Part shown: piece after piece, positions 9,097 through 18,001 of the stretch | How the letters are laid out: each line of letters begins with the position of its first letter | Position numbering within the stretch: position 1 is the first letter of the stretch | Origin: Dehalococcoidia bacterium | GTDB lineage: Bacteria > Chloroflexota > Dehalococcoidia > Lucifugimonadales > Australimonadaceae | Direction: 5' to 3' | NCBI GenBank assembly: GCA_965248065.1 | Contig: OZ252088.1 | Coordinates: forward strand, 2,709,202-2,773,201 | Length of the DNA: 64,000 nucleotides | Notes under the pieces: model-generated | Database searches by the model: none | What the model saw: only the letters and a program-made list of their open reading frames with translations | What the model was told of the DNA's origin: nothing | Made by a program: the position numbers and the translations under genes

Positions 9097-11124
9097 GTGG
9101 CAAGGCTCTACCGCTACTCCCGGTGGGACGGCTCGCAGGAGCCGTTCGAAGCCGATGCCGGAGCGCTCCTCGACGCCATGGCCGAGGACGTTATCGACCA
9201 CGGCGATGTTCGCCGCGCTCTTCGCGACCTCCTCCGGCGCGGCGCCAACGGAGACGACACCCGTCTTCCCGGACTCCAAGACCTTCTCGAACGGCTGGGC
9301 TCGCGCCGCAGGGAGACCCTCGACCGGTACGACATGGACTCGGTCATGCGCGATCTCAAGGAGCGTCTCGACGACGTGCTCCAGACCGAGCGCGCGGGCA
9401 CGGACCGGCGCCTCGGCGAGATCGAACAGGACCTCGCCCGCATGAGCGGCGAGGAGGCGGAGCAGGCCGGCAAGCTGCGCGACCTCTTCCGGCAGCGGGC
9501 CGACCGCAATCGCGAACGTCTCGATCAGCTCCCCCCGAGCACCGCGGGCGCTCTGCGCGAGCTCCAAGATTTCGACTTCATCGACCCCGAGGCCCAGCGG
9601 AAGTTCCAAGAGCTGATGGACGAGCTCCGCAAGGAGATGCTCGGCTCCGTCGCCTCCGAGATGCGGCAGCAGATAGAGAGCATGGACCCGGAGCAGATGG
9701 CCCAGGCGCGCGAGATGCTGCGCGACCTGAACCAGATGATGCGGGACAAGCTCGCCGGTCTGGAGCCCGACTTCGAGGGCTTCATGGACAAGTGGGGGGC
9801 CATGTTCGGCGACGACCCGCCGCGCAGCTTCGACGAGCTCATGGAGATGCTCGCGCGCCAGATGGGGCAGATGCAGTCCCTGCTCGACAGCATGTCGCCG
9901 GAGCAGCGGCGCGAGCTGTTCGAGGCGATGAACTCCGCCATGGACGGCGACACCGCCGGCGAGCTCGCCGAGCTCGCCGCGAACCTCGGCCAGCTGCTCC
10001 CGTTCGACGACTTCTCGGAGCAGTACCCGTTCCTGGGCGAGGAGAACCTGACCCTGGAACAGGCGATGAACGTCATGGGCGAGATGCAGTCGATGGACGA
10101 CCTCGAAGCGCAGATCCAGCAGGCGATGCGCCGGGGCGACCTCGACGAGCTCGACGCCGACATGCTCGAAACCATCCTCGGGGAGGAGGCCCGCCAAGAC
10201 CTGGACCGGCTCGCGGAGATGGCGAAGCGGCTGGAAGAGGCGGGCTATCTGCGGCGGAACGGCGACCGCTTGGAGCTGACCCCGGCCGGCGTGCGGAAGA
10301 TCGGCCAGAAGGCGCTGCGCGACCTGTTCGGCGACCTCCGCAAGGGCCGCGCGGGCGACCACGAGCTAACGCTGAGGGGCTCCGGCGGCGAGCACACGGA
10401 CGAGACCAAGCCCTACGAGTTCGGCGATCCGCTGGAGATTCACCTGCACCGCACCATCATGAACGCCATCGAGCGTCAAGGCATCGGGACGCCGGTCAAG
10501 GTCGGCATCCAGGACTTCGAGGTCAGACGCACCGAGCACATGGTGCAAGCCGCCACCGTTCTGCTCATCGACCAGAGCCGGTCGATGGGGCTGTTCGGCT
10601 CGTGGGGGGCGGCCAAGCGGGTGGCGCTGGCGTTGGAGGCGCTGATACGCGGCAAGTTCCCCCGCGACCGCTTCTGGATGCTCGGCTTCTCCGACTACGC
10701 CGTCCCCATCAGCGCCGACGACCTCCCGACGCTCTCGTGGAACGCGTGGGTGTCGGGCACGAACATGCAGCACGCCTTCGCCATGTCGCGCCGTCTGCTC
10801 GCCCCCTACAAGGACTGCTCCAAGCAGATCCTGATGATCACGGACGGCGAGCCCACGGCCCACCTGGAAGGGACGCGGGCCTACTTCAACTATCCCCCGA
10901 CGCACCGCACCATCCAGGAGACCCTGCGGGAGGTCCGCCGCTGCACCGCCGAGGGCATCACCATCAACACCTTCATGCTGGAGACGAGCTACTACCTCCT
11001 CGATTTCATCGACCACGTAACCCGGATCAACAACGGCCGGGCGCTATATACGTCGCCGTCCAATCTGGGGCAGTACGTGCTGGTGGACTATCTGAATAAT
11101 CGGCGTCGGCGGGTGGTGAGTTAG
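9097..11124 (+). CDS. VWA-domain protein (YRYSRWDGSQ N-terminus; mycobacterial Rv0959-like)
   Basis: GTG 9097, coiled-coil N-region, MIDAS DQSRSMG, GTN and ITDGEPTAH motifs. Confidence 0.87.
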   Translation: MARLYRYSRWDGSQEPFEADAGALLDAMAEDVIDHGDVRRALRDLLRRGANGDDTRLPGLQDLLERLGSRRRETLDRYDMDSVMRDLKERLDDVLQTERAGTDRRLGEIEQDLARMSGEEAEQAGKLRDLFRQRADRNRERLDQLPPSTAGALRELQDFDFIDPEAQRKFQELMDELRKEMLGSVASEMRQQIESMDPEQMAQAREMLRDLNQMMRDKLAGLEPDFEGFMDKWGAMFGDDPPRSFDELMEMLARQMGQMQSLLDSMSPEQRRELFEAMNSAMDGDTAGELAELAANLGQLLPFDDFSEQYPFLGEENLTLEQAMNVMGEMQSMDDLEAQIQQAMRRGDLDELDADMLETILGEEARQDLDRLAEMAKRLEEAGYLRRNGDRLELTPAGVRKIGQKALRDLFGDLRKGRAGDHELTLRGSGGEHTDETKPYEFGDPLEIHLHRTIMNAIERQGIGTPVKVGIQDFEVRRTEHMVQAATVLLIDQSRSMGLFGSWGAAKRVALALEALIRGKFPRDRFWMLGFSDYAVPISADDLPTLSWNAWVSGTNMQHAFAMSRRLLAPYKDCSKQILMITDGEPTAHLEGTRAYFNYPPTHRTIQETLREVRRCTAEGITINTFMLETSYYLLDFIDHVTRINNGRALYTSPSNLGQYVLVDYLNNRRRRVVS

Positions 11125-11161
11125 GGTTGTGCGGGCCTGCAACTTGGTTTAGTATGTAGTC

Positions 11162-11413
11162 ATGTCCACGACCACACTCAATATCCACGAGGCGAAGACG
11201 CACCTCTCCGAGCATCTTGCCAAGCTGAAAGAGGGCGACCGGATCGTCCTCTGCCGCCGCAACCACCCCATCGCGGAGATTCTGCCCATCCCAGAGCGCG
11301 ACTCCACCCCTCGCCCCTTTGGCCTCGGCAAGGGACTAGCGGAGATCCCCGACTCGTTCTTCGACCCGCTTCCCGACGATCTGCTCGACCTCTTCGAAGG
11401 CAAAGGCGAGTAG
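11162..11413 (+). CDS. Phd/YefM-family (VapB) antitoxin
   Basis: LNIHEAKTHLSEHL N-terminus, RPFGLGKG...FFDPLP C-terminus, directly upstream of a PIN toxin. Confidence 0.88.
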   Translation: MSTTTLNIHEAKTHLSEHLAKLKEGDRIVLCRRNHPIAEILPIPERDSTPRPFGLGKGLAEIPDSFFDPLPDDLLDLFEGKGE

Positions 11414-11426
11414 GGCGGTCGGGAGC

Positions 11427-11809
11427 GTGCGGCTGCTGCTCGACACCTCTGCGTTCATCTGGCTGGCGGAAGGCGAGAGGCTGAGCGAGTCGGCCCGCGA
11501 CCTGATCTCGGACGCCTCCAACGACGTCTTCCTGAGCGCCGTGTCCGCATGGGAGATATCCATCAAACACGGCCTCGGACGGCTCGTCCTGCATTTGCCC
11601 CCGGACGAGTATGTCCCGCAGCAGCGGCGGCTTCACCGAGTGGAGCCGCTGCCCGTCACCGAGGCCGCCGCGTTGCAGGTAGGCAAGCTGCCGGGTCTTC
11701 ACCGCGACCCGTTCGACCGGCTCATCGTGGCGCAAGCCATCGTCGAGGGCTGACCGTGGTGACTTCCGACCGCCTGATTAGCATGTACCCTGTACCGGTC
11801 GTGTGGTGA
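11427..11809 (+). pseudogene. VapC PIN-domain toxin, 1-nt frameshift at ~11749 (possibly sequencing error)
   Basis: LLLDTSAFIW...SAVSAWEI...HRDPFDRLIVAQAIVEG. The expected tail LTVVTSDRLISMYPVPVVW* continues in another frame after a G-run one base short. Confidence 0.85.
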
Positions 11810-11828
11810 TGCGGGGCGGCGGGGGGCG

Positions 11829-12167
11829 CTATCCGGCGAGGCTGTCCAGTTTCCGGAGGAGCTCCTCGACTTGGGAGAGGCCGTCCTTCACGGCTTCGCG
11901 GGGCAGCCAGCCCTCGTAGAAGTTCGCATGGAGGGACCCGGCGGTGTGGAAGTGGACCCGCATCTGACGGTCGCCGACGCCGTCCGCCAGGCGGTTGACG
12001 GCCTGCCAGAGGTCGCGATGCGTATTGTGGGGCCAGCTTCTGGCCTCGGCAACGCATTTGACCATTTCGGCGGCAGCCCCCCAACCTTTCTCGGAAGCTT
12101 GGAGGAGGTCGCCCTCGGCGAGGTATGTCCGCGCTTTGGCTAGGAAGTCTCGGCTCGGCTGGATCAT
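11829..12167 (-). CDS. PaREP1-family (HEPN-like) protein
   Basis: ARTYLAEGDLLQASEKGWGAAAEMVK...SLHANFYEG pattern. Confidence 0.72.
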   Translation of the reverse strand: MIQPSRDFLAKARTYLAEGDLLQASEKGWGAAAEMVKCVAEARSWPHNTHRDLWQAVNRLADGVGDRQMRVHFHTAGSLHANFYEGWLPREAVKDGLSQVEELLRKLDSLAG

Positions 12168-12218
12168 GGGGGAATGGTAGCACGAGCACCTCTCGCGGCA
12201 GGGGGTAGCTTGTCAGGG

Positions 12219-12272
12219 TCGTTCTTCGACCCGTTGCCCGATGAGCTGCTTGATTTGTTCGAGGGGAAGGGC
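12219..12272 (+). pseudogene. Remnant of a second vapB antitoxin 3' end
   Basis: Encodes SFFDPLPDELLDLFEGKG versus SFFDPLPDDLLDLFEGKG at 11354-11407; differences are almost all synonymous. Confidence 0.7.
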
Positions 12273-12292
12273 TGCCGGTTGAGCGGGTATGC

Positions 12293-13129
12293 TTAGAGCA
12301 AGCCAAGCCCGTGTTCGAGGTCTCGAAGCTGTTTCTTTAGATCATAGAGCCTTTGGAGCTGTTCTACTTCTAAGAAACGAATTGCCGAACGAATCTCATG
12401 GAATGTCCCGGAGAGCAGCGCATTGATGGACTGGCGTTGTTTCTCCTGCGCAACGATGAAGATACGGCTATTCCAGAGGTCGTAGGCGTGCTTTAGCTTT
12501 CCGAGAGCATGGTAAATGTCGCCGCCTATCTGTACCTCGAACACAAAAGTGGGAACGGAGTTCGCTACTCGACGCCATACAACATCGAGGCGTTCGTTCT
12601 CCATCTTGTATTCCTGTTCCGCAAAATATCGCTGCATAATGCCCGCTTCGACAAGCTGTTCTTTCAGCCGGTTGTGCAGGGAAGGTTGTGGCTGAGACGA
12701 TGGCCCCGTCGTGATTGCTTGCCCGGTGAAGCTAAGCATCAGTTCTTCTGCGAGGGATGGATCAATCGATTGAAAGCCGCCTCTCGCTAGAGTTCTGACT
12801 CTCTGGTCTGCTAGGGCACTCTCCTTCCATTGTTCAAAAGGAACCGTCCGCTCTATGTCAAATTCGAAGCGAAGCGGCCATAGGACTGAGTTCTGTTCAA
12901 TTTCTTGAGTCCATAAAGGCTTGTCTTGTCTAAACTTCTTGCGTACTGTTCCATGACCGATAATCCCTGCTATTGGAGTCGTTGCATAGAAGAGGACTTT
13001 GTCATTTTCAGCAATCAGTTCCCACATCAGGGCAGGCCTGCCGTCGTTCTTCAGTCCCCAGATGTTTTCTTGCTCGAACGCTTCGAGCCATTGTTTAGGC
13101 TGCCCAACTGCTAACCACCACCGTGGCAT
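12293..13129 (-). CDS. EVE-domain / PD-(D/E)XK-type nuclease fusion (candidate modification-dependent endonuclease)
   Basis: N-terminal EVE-like pattern (WGLK...NDKVLFYAT...GIIGHGTV...LWPLRF). C-terminal RLDVVW...FVFEVQ nuclease-like motif. Lower GC. Confidence 0.7.
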   Translation of the reverse strand: MPRWWLAVGQPKQWLEAFEQENIWGLKNDGRPALMWELIAENDKVLFYATTPIAGIIGHGTVRKKFRQDKPLWTQEIEQNSVLWPLRFEFDIERTVPFEQWKESALADQRVRTLARGGFQSIDPSLAEELMLSFTGQAITTGPSSQPQPSLHNRLKEQLVEAGIMQRYFAEQEYKMENERLDVVWRRVANSVPTFVFEVQIGGDIYHALGKLKHAYDLWNSRIFIVAQEKQRQSINALLSGTFHEIRSAIRFLEVEQLQRLYDLKKQLRDLEHGLGLL

Positions 13130-13253
13130 TCTTTTCTCCAAAATTGAGAATTCGAACAGGAGTATAGCAGTTGGGCGCGAGATGCCGTTGCCCCCTTGAC
13201 AACCCCCGCCCCGGTCCGATATGGACCCGCGACTACTTGCGGGAGGCGTCGTC

Positions 13254-13626
13254 ATGGGGTTGAGCATCGGCATTATGAAGGTTGAATACCTGGAGAGGCC
13301 CGATGGGGCGGCGTACAAGTTCGCGCAGCACATGGCCGAGGAAGGCGCGATGGACGCCTATATGTTCGGCGACGGCGGCAGCTGGATCCCGTTCACGCAG
13401 CGCCAAGTGTTGGAGTTGTTGGACGTATTCGCCGCCAGGAGGGGTCTGAGCGCGGTCGACCGGCGGCTGGTTGTTGAGTGGCTGATGGAGTTGCCGTGGA
13501 TTGGGGGGGTGGCGGGACGCGCTGCCGCCGGACGACGGCCGCGACAGCGAGGACGGCTATCACGCCGTGATGGACAACGACGACCTCCGCGACGGCGGCC
13601 TCATCGAGCTGCACTTCAACTGGTGA
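13254..13626 (+). CDS. Hypothetical protein, probable frameshift in the G7 run at 13503-13509
   Basis: SD GGGAGG then ATG 13254. Removing one G gives a coherent end WRDALPPDDG...GGLIELHFNW*. Confidence 0.5.
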
Positions 13627-13952
13627 TTCCCCGCCCGGAGACCCGTTCGCCGCGACAGTTGCCCATTGCCCGGTCGGCCCATGCCCCCTACCCTGTCTCC
13701 TAGAGCCCGCGTCCGGCGCCCTGGCCGCCCTGGCCGCTCACCAAGGAATGTCACCAGATGTCACCTTTTCTCAGAACCATCTCCTCTGAGAACGCCTAAC
13801 CCAGGCGTGCGCGGGGCTTCACTCTTGGGTCCAACCTTCCGCTGGGAATACCTTACATAGAGCTTGCGAGCTCCTATCGTGGGGGCCTCCAGTCCACCGG
13901 AACCTTAACCTGCCGCTCATTGACCGGGGGGCGGGGCAGCCGTAGAGTGGGA

Positions 13953-14360
13953 ATGTCGGGTGGAGCGCGGGAAGCCACTTTCCGGGACCCCCAAAGGGGG
14001 AGCAGATTGCGTAGACATGCCTTCGGCACGGAGTTCGAGCTTCAGAAGCTGCCCTCCGACTGCGAGCTAACCCGGTTCGGCTGGCTGTTCGGGGCCTCGC
14101 GGCAGTGGCGCGGGAGCGACGGGCTCCACGTTCGAGAGTACGGAAGGCGCCTCCTCGCTCACTACGACCGGGTCGACCCGCGGCGCAACATGGTGGGGCA
14201 CTGGATCGTGGACGCGCCTTTCGAGCTGGCCGTCGGCAGCGCCGGAGTCGTCGGGATGCTGGCGAGCTTCACCATCAGCGCGGGCGCGACGCTGGCCTGG
14301 ATCACGGCGACCGTCGTCACCTCCGTCACGGCGAGCGCTCTCGGGCGCACGCGCTTCTAG
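13953..14360 (+). CDS. Hypothetical protein with hydrophobic C-terminus
   Basis: Uninterrupted ORF in an otherwise empty interval, two predicted C-terminal TM helices. Confidence 0.55.
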   Translation: MSGGAREATFRDPQRGSRLRRHAFGTEFELQKLPSDCELTRFGWLFGASRQWRGSDGLHVREYGRRLLAHYDRVDPRRNMVGHWIVDAPFELAVGSAGVVGMLASFTISAGATLAWITATVVTSVTASALGRTRF

Positions 14361-14440
14361 CCCGCCCCCTCCCTAACCCTCCCCCGCAGAAGACGGGAGA
14401 GGTAACCGGACACCCCCCTCCACAGTCCTCCCCCGCAGAC

Positions 14441-14627
14441 CGGATCTTTGCGTAACCCTATTATCTGGCGGGCGTAACTGTTCCCGCCCACCCACCCGTC
14501 ATGTTGTGGAGGACACCCCCACGCCCCCGGCAGAGGGGCGACGCCCCTCTGCGCTCCCCCGTATTCCAAGCCGGTCCATGGTCAGACAGGCCCACTACGA
14601 ACCCGGTTGAGGTTACGCAAAGGTCTC
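14441..14627. mobile_element. 187-bp MITE, copy 1 (TIR GAGACCTTTGCGTAA, 6-bp TSD GCAGAC)
   Basis: Right TIR TTACGCAAAGGTCTC at 14613-14627, degenerate left TIR, GCAGAC at 14435 and 14628. Inverted homologue at 53299-53486. Confidence 0.75.
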
Positions 14628-14773
14628 GCAGACGGGAGAGGGAACCGGAGCGATGACGGAGGAGGCGTCCTGCGGGGCGTTGATTGGCAGGCCCCGTGGT
14701 TCGACAGGCTCACCCGCGAACCGCTTAGAGGTGACGAACCGATTGGGAAGGGCGCGGGAGCGACGGACGGGGC

Positions 14774-14803
14774 TTGCCGGGGACTGCTTGGGCTCTTTAT
14801 ACT
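14774..14803 (+). promoter_or_regulatory. Putative pyr operon promoter
   Basis: TTGCCG - 18 nt - TATACT just upstream of the PyrR leader. Confidence 0.5.
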
Positions 14804-14831
14804 CAATCGCACAACAGAAGACCGCGACCGA

Positions 14832-14943
14832 CCTTTAAATCCAGTCCTGTGAGGCTGGCAAGGCGGGGACCGGGGCCGTGGGCGTTCGCGTCCGGGGCCT
14901 GATTACGAGACCTCTTTGCCGGCCGGCTGAGAGGTTTTTCTTT
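14832..14943 (+). promoter_or_regulatory. PyrR-binding attenuator leader (binding loop plus terminator)
   Basis: CCTTTAAATCCAGTCCTGTGAGGCTGGCAAGG matches the PyrR consensus ARUCCNGNGAGGYU. Terminator ACCTCT...AGAGGTTTTTCTTT precedes pyrR. Confidence 0.88.
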
Positions 14944-15493
14944 GCCCGACGAGCGTCAGATACTGACAGGCGACGACATGCGGCGCGTGATCAGCCGCAT
15001 CGCCCACGAGGTCGTCGAGCGCAACCACGGCGCCGCCGACCTGCTGCTCGTCGGGCTCCAGCGGCGCGGCGTGCCACTGGCGAACCGCATCGCCGCCGCC
15101 ATCGCCGCCTTCGAGGGCGCCGACGTTCCGGTCGGCTCGCTCGACATCAACCTCTACCGGGACGACTTCACGAGCCGCCCCCAGCCCTTGGTGAGGCCGA
15201 CAGAGCTCCCCGCCGGCGTGGACGGCAAGATCGTCGTCCTGGTGGACGATGTCTTCTACACGGGCCGCACCGCGCGGGCCGCCCTCAACGCGCTGATGGA
15301 CCTGGGTAGGCCGCGAGCGGTGCAGCTGGCGGTGATGGTCGACCGGGGCCACCACGAGCTGCCCATCCGGGCCGACTACGTGGGCAAGAACGTGCCCACC
15401 AGCCTGAACGAAGAAATACAGGTGCGGGTGACGGAGTTCGACGCCGCCGAAGAGGTGGCGCTGGTCAGGCACGACGGGCGGGCGCTGTCATGA
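14942..15493 (+). CDS. pyrR: Pyrimidine operon regulator / uracil PRTase
   Basis: [41 protein letters not shown]. Confidence 0.95.
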   Translation: MPDERQILTGDDMRRVISRIAHEVVERNHGAADLLLVGLQRRGVPLANRIAAAIAAFEGADVPVGSLDINLYRDDFTSRPQPLVRPTELPAGVDGKIVVLVDDVFYTGRTARAALNALMDLGRPRAVQLAVMVDRGHHELPIRADYVGKNVPTSLNEEIQVRVTEFDAAEEVALVRHDGRALS

Positions 15494-15521
15494 CGACGAA
15501 CGCCCCGCCCCCCTCCTCAAT

Positions 15522-15649
15522 CCTCCCCCCGGATGGGGGAGGAGGACAAACGAACCTCCCCCCGGACGGAGGAGGACAAGCGAAGCTTCCTTGCAAGAGG
15601 GAGAGGGCCAAATGAACGTTCCTCTGCAAGGGGGAGGGGGACAGACGAA
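15522..15649. repeat. Four degenerate ~30-33 bp palindromic units at the pyrR-pyrB junction
   Basis: Units of the form CC-rich / GGAGGAGGAC / CGAA starting near 15522, 15555, 15585 and 15617. Confidence 0.55.
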
Positions 15650-16667
15650 TCAGCGGCGCAAGCACGTTCTCGACCTCGACGACTTTTCGCGCGAGGAGAT
15701 TCTCGGCGTGCTCGACCTGGCCGAGGCGATGCGCGAGCTGCTGGGGCGCAGCATCAAGAAGGCGCCCTCGCTGCGGGGGAAGGTCGTCATCACCGTGTTC
15801 CTCGAACCGAGCACGCGGACGCGGGTCTCGTTCGAGCAGGCGGGGAAGATGCTCAGCGCAGACGTCATCAACGTCAGCGGGTCGGGCAGCAGCGCGGAGA
15901 AGGGCGAGTCGCTCCTCAACACGGCGCTGACGCTCCAGGCGATGCGCGCGGACCTCATCGTCATCCGCAGCCCGCACTCGGGCGCGCCCTACTTCCTCGC
16001 CAGGAACCTCAACCGCGCAGGCGTCGTCAATGCGGGCGACGGCCGCCACGCCCACCCGACGCAGGCGCTCCTCGACCTGATGACGATGCGGCATCACCTG
16101 GGCGACCTCGCCGGCAAGAAGGTCGTGCTCGTGGGCGACTCGCTGCACAGCCGCGTCGCGCGGTCGGACATCTTCGGACTGACCGCGATGGGCGCTTCGG
16201 TCGTGCTCTCCGGGCCTCCGACGATGATCCCGCTCGACCTGCTCAAGGGCAATGGTTCCCGCCTTCGCGGGGATGACGGAGAGGGAGGGCTGCGAGGTTC
16301 CCGCCTTCGCGGGAATGACGGAGGAGCCCCTAGCCTCACGGTCGAGCCCGACCTTGACGCCGCTATAGAGGACGCCGACGCGGTTATCGCGCTCCGCATC
16401 CAGAAGGAACGGCAGGAGGCCGGGATGCTCCCGAGTATGCGCGAGTACACGCGCCGCTGGATGATTTCGGAGGCGAGGCTCCGCCGGGCCAAGCCGGGGG
16501 CGCTGCTCATGCACCCCGGCCCGATGAACGAGGGCCTCGAAATCGCGTCCTCGCTGGCGCACGGGCCCGGCGCGCAGATCGAGGAGCAGGTCACGAACGG
16601 CGTGGCGATTCGGATGGCGTTGCTTTATCAGCTACTTACCGGCGCGCAAGAAGAGGCCACGGAGTGA
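15612..16667 (+). CDS. pyrB: Aspartate carbamoyltransferase catalytic subunit with in-frame REP insertion
   Basis: FLEPSTRTRVSFE, NAGDGRHAHPTQALLD, VGDSLHSRVARS, MHPGPMN. Confidence 0.95.
   Translation: MNVPLQGGGGQTNQRRKHVLDLDDFSREEILGVLDLAEAMRELLGRSIKKAPSLRGKVVITVFLEPSTRTRVSFEQAGKMLSADVINVSGSGSSAEKGESLLNTALTLQAMRADLIVIRSPHSGAPYFLARNLNRAGVVNAGDGRHAHPTQALLDLMTMRHHLGDLAGKKVVLVGDSLHSRVARSDIFGLTAMGASVVLSGPPTMIPLDLLKGNGSRLRGDDGEGGLRGSRLRGNDGGAPSLTVEPDLDAAIEDADAVIALRIQKERQEAGMLPSMREYTRRWMISEARLRRAKPGALLMHPGPMNEGLEIASSLAHGPGAQIEEQVTNGVAIRMALLYQLLTGAQEEATE
16254..16320. repeat. Two GTCATTCCCGCG-type REP palindromes inside pyrB
   Basis: GGTTCCCGCCTTCGCGGGGATGACG and GGTTCCCGCCTTCGCGGGAATGACG, translated as GSRLRGDDG...GSRLRGNDG. 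Confidence 0.85.
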
Positions 16668-18001
16668 GCCGCGCCATCCTCATCAAGGGCGCCAGACTCA
16701 TCGATCCCGCCGCCGGGACCGACGGCGTGGGCGACCTGCTCCTGCAAGACGGCTGCATCCAGGCATCCGGGGCCGCCGCGCCCGGCGATGCGCTGATCGT
16801 CAACGGCTCGGGTCTGGTCGCGGCGCCGGGGTTCATCGACCTGCATACGCACCTGCGGGAGCCCGGATTCGAGGACAAGGAGTCAATCGCGACGGGAACG
16901 GCCGCCGCCGCCGCGGGCGGCTTCACGACGGTCTGCGCCATGCCCAACACGGAGCCGGCCATCGACTCGGCGACGGTCGTCGATTTCATCGCCCAGCAAG
17001 CGAGGTCGGCGGGGCCGGTGCGCGTGCTCTCGTTCGGCGCCGTCTCCAAGGGGCGGAAGGGCGTCGAGCTTACGGACATGGAGGAGCTCGCCAAGGCGGG
17101 AGTCGTGGGCTTCACCGACGACGGCAGCCCCGTCGCCACGGGCCATCTGATGGAGATGGCGCTGCTCTACGCCGGCCAGCTCGGCCTGCCCATCATGGAC
17201 CACTGCGAGGACCACACGATAACCAAGGGCCTCGGCATGAACGAGGGCCCGGTAGCGTCGCGGTTGGGTCTCGCGGGCTATCCGGCAGCGGCGGAGGAGT
17301 CGCTCATCGCCCGCGACATCGCGGTGCTGGGGCTGACCGGCGGCCGCTTCCACGTCGCGCACCTGAGCACGGCGGGGGGCGTCGAGATGGTGCGAGCGGC
17401 CAAGAAGCGCGGACTGAACGTGACCGCCGAGGTCACGCCCTCGCATCTGACGATGACCGACGAGTGGGTGCTCGGCACGCAGGGCGCCACGTCGAGCGCG
17501 CAGGCGTTGACCGCAGCCGCCTACGAGACGCGGGCCAAGGTGAGCCCGCCGCTGCGCTCGGACTTCGACCGCGCAGCGCTCATCGAAGGCTTGCGCGACG
17601 GAACCATCGACGCCATCGCGACGGACCATGCTCCGCATACGTTCGGGGACAAGGCGGTGCCCTTCGACGAGGCGGCGGTCGGCATCTCGGTGCTCGAAAC
17701 GGCGTTCGCGTCGCTGATGGGCCTCGTTCACGCAGGGGCCGTAGACCTGCCCCTGCTCGTCGCGCGCCTCACGGCGGGGCCTGTCGGCGTACTCGGCGAA
17801 CGTTTCGCCGGACTCGCCACGCTGGCGGAAGGGACGCCGGCCGACGTGACGCTGTTCGACCCGGACGAGAGCTGGGTCGTCGACCCCGCTACGTTCGCTT
17901 CGAAGGGGAAGAACACGCCGCTGGCGGGGGCCGCGCTGAGGGGGAGGGTGAAGCTGACCATCGCGGACGGGCAAATCGCCTACGACGGCATCGGCCTATG
18001 A
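16664..18001 (+). CDS. pyrC: Dihydroorotase (type I)
   Basis: PGFIDLHTHLREPG, CAMPNT, TAEVTPSH, ATDHAPH. Confidence 0.95.
   Translation: MSRAILIKGARLIDPAAGTDGVGDLLLQDGCIQASGAAAPGDALIVNGSGLVAAPGFIDLHTHLREPGFEDKESIATGTAAAAAGGFTTVCAMPNTEPAIDSATVVDFIAQQARSAGPVRVLSFGAVSKGRKGVELTDMEELAKAGVVGFTDDGSPVATGHLMEMALLYAGQLGLPIMDHCEDHTITKGLGMNEGPVASRLGLAGYPAAAEESLIARDIAVLGLTGGRFHVAHLSTAGGVEMVRAAKKRGLNVTAEVTPSHLTMTDEWVLGTQGATSSAQALTAAAYETRAKVSPPLRSDFDRAALIEGLRDGTIDAIATDHAPHTFGDKAVPFDEAAVGISVLETAFASLMGLVHAGAVDLPLLVARLTAGPVGVLGERFAGLATLAEGTPADVTLFDPDESWVVDPATFASKGKNTPLAGAALRGRVKLTIADGQIAYDGIGL

Noticed and set aside
8095-11124. 1009-aa ORF suggesting a terminase-VWA fusion
   Set aside because: An artefact of the TerL frameshift. 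The intervening translation is GC-frame junk, TerL ends at 9028 in another frame, and the VWA gene has its own -10 and GTG at 9097.
14697-14725. GGTTCGA as a tRNA T-loop (also 55785, 59942)
   Set aside because: No cloverleaf; belongs to a REP family.
15522-15649. CRISPR array at the pyrR-pyrB junction
   Set aside because: Degenerate REP-like palindromes with no repeat-spacer alternation.
17464-17997. N-terminal extension of CarA
   Set aside because: Overlaps pyrC out of frame; the conserved CarA start is ATG 17998.
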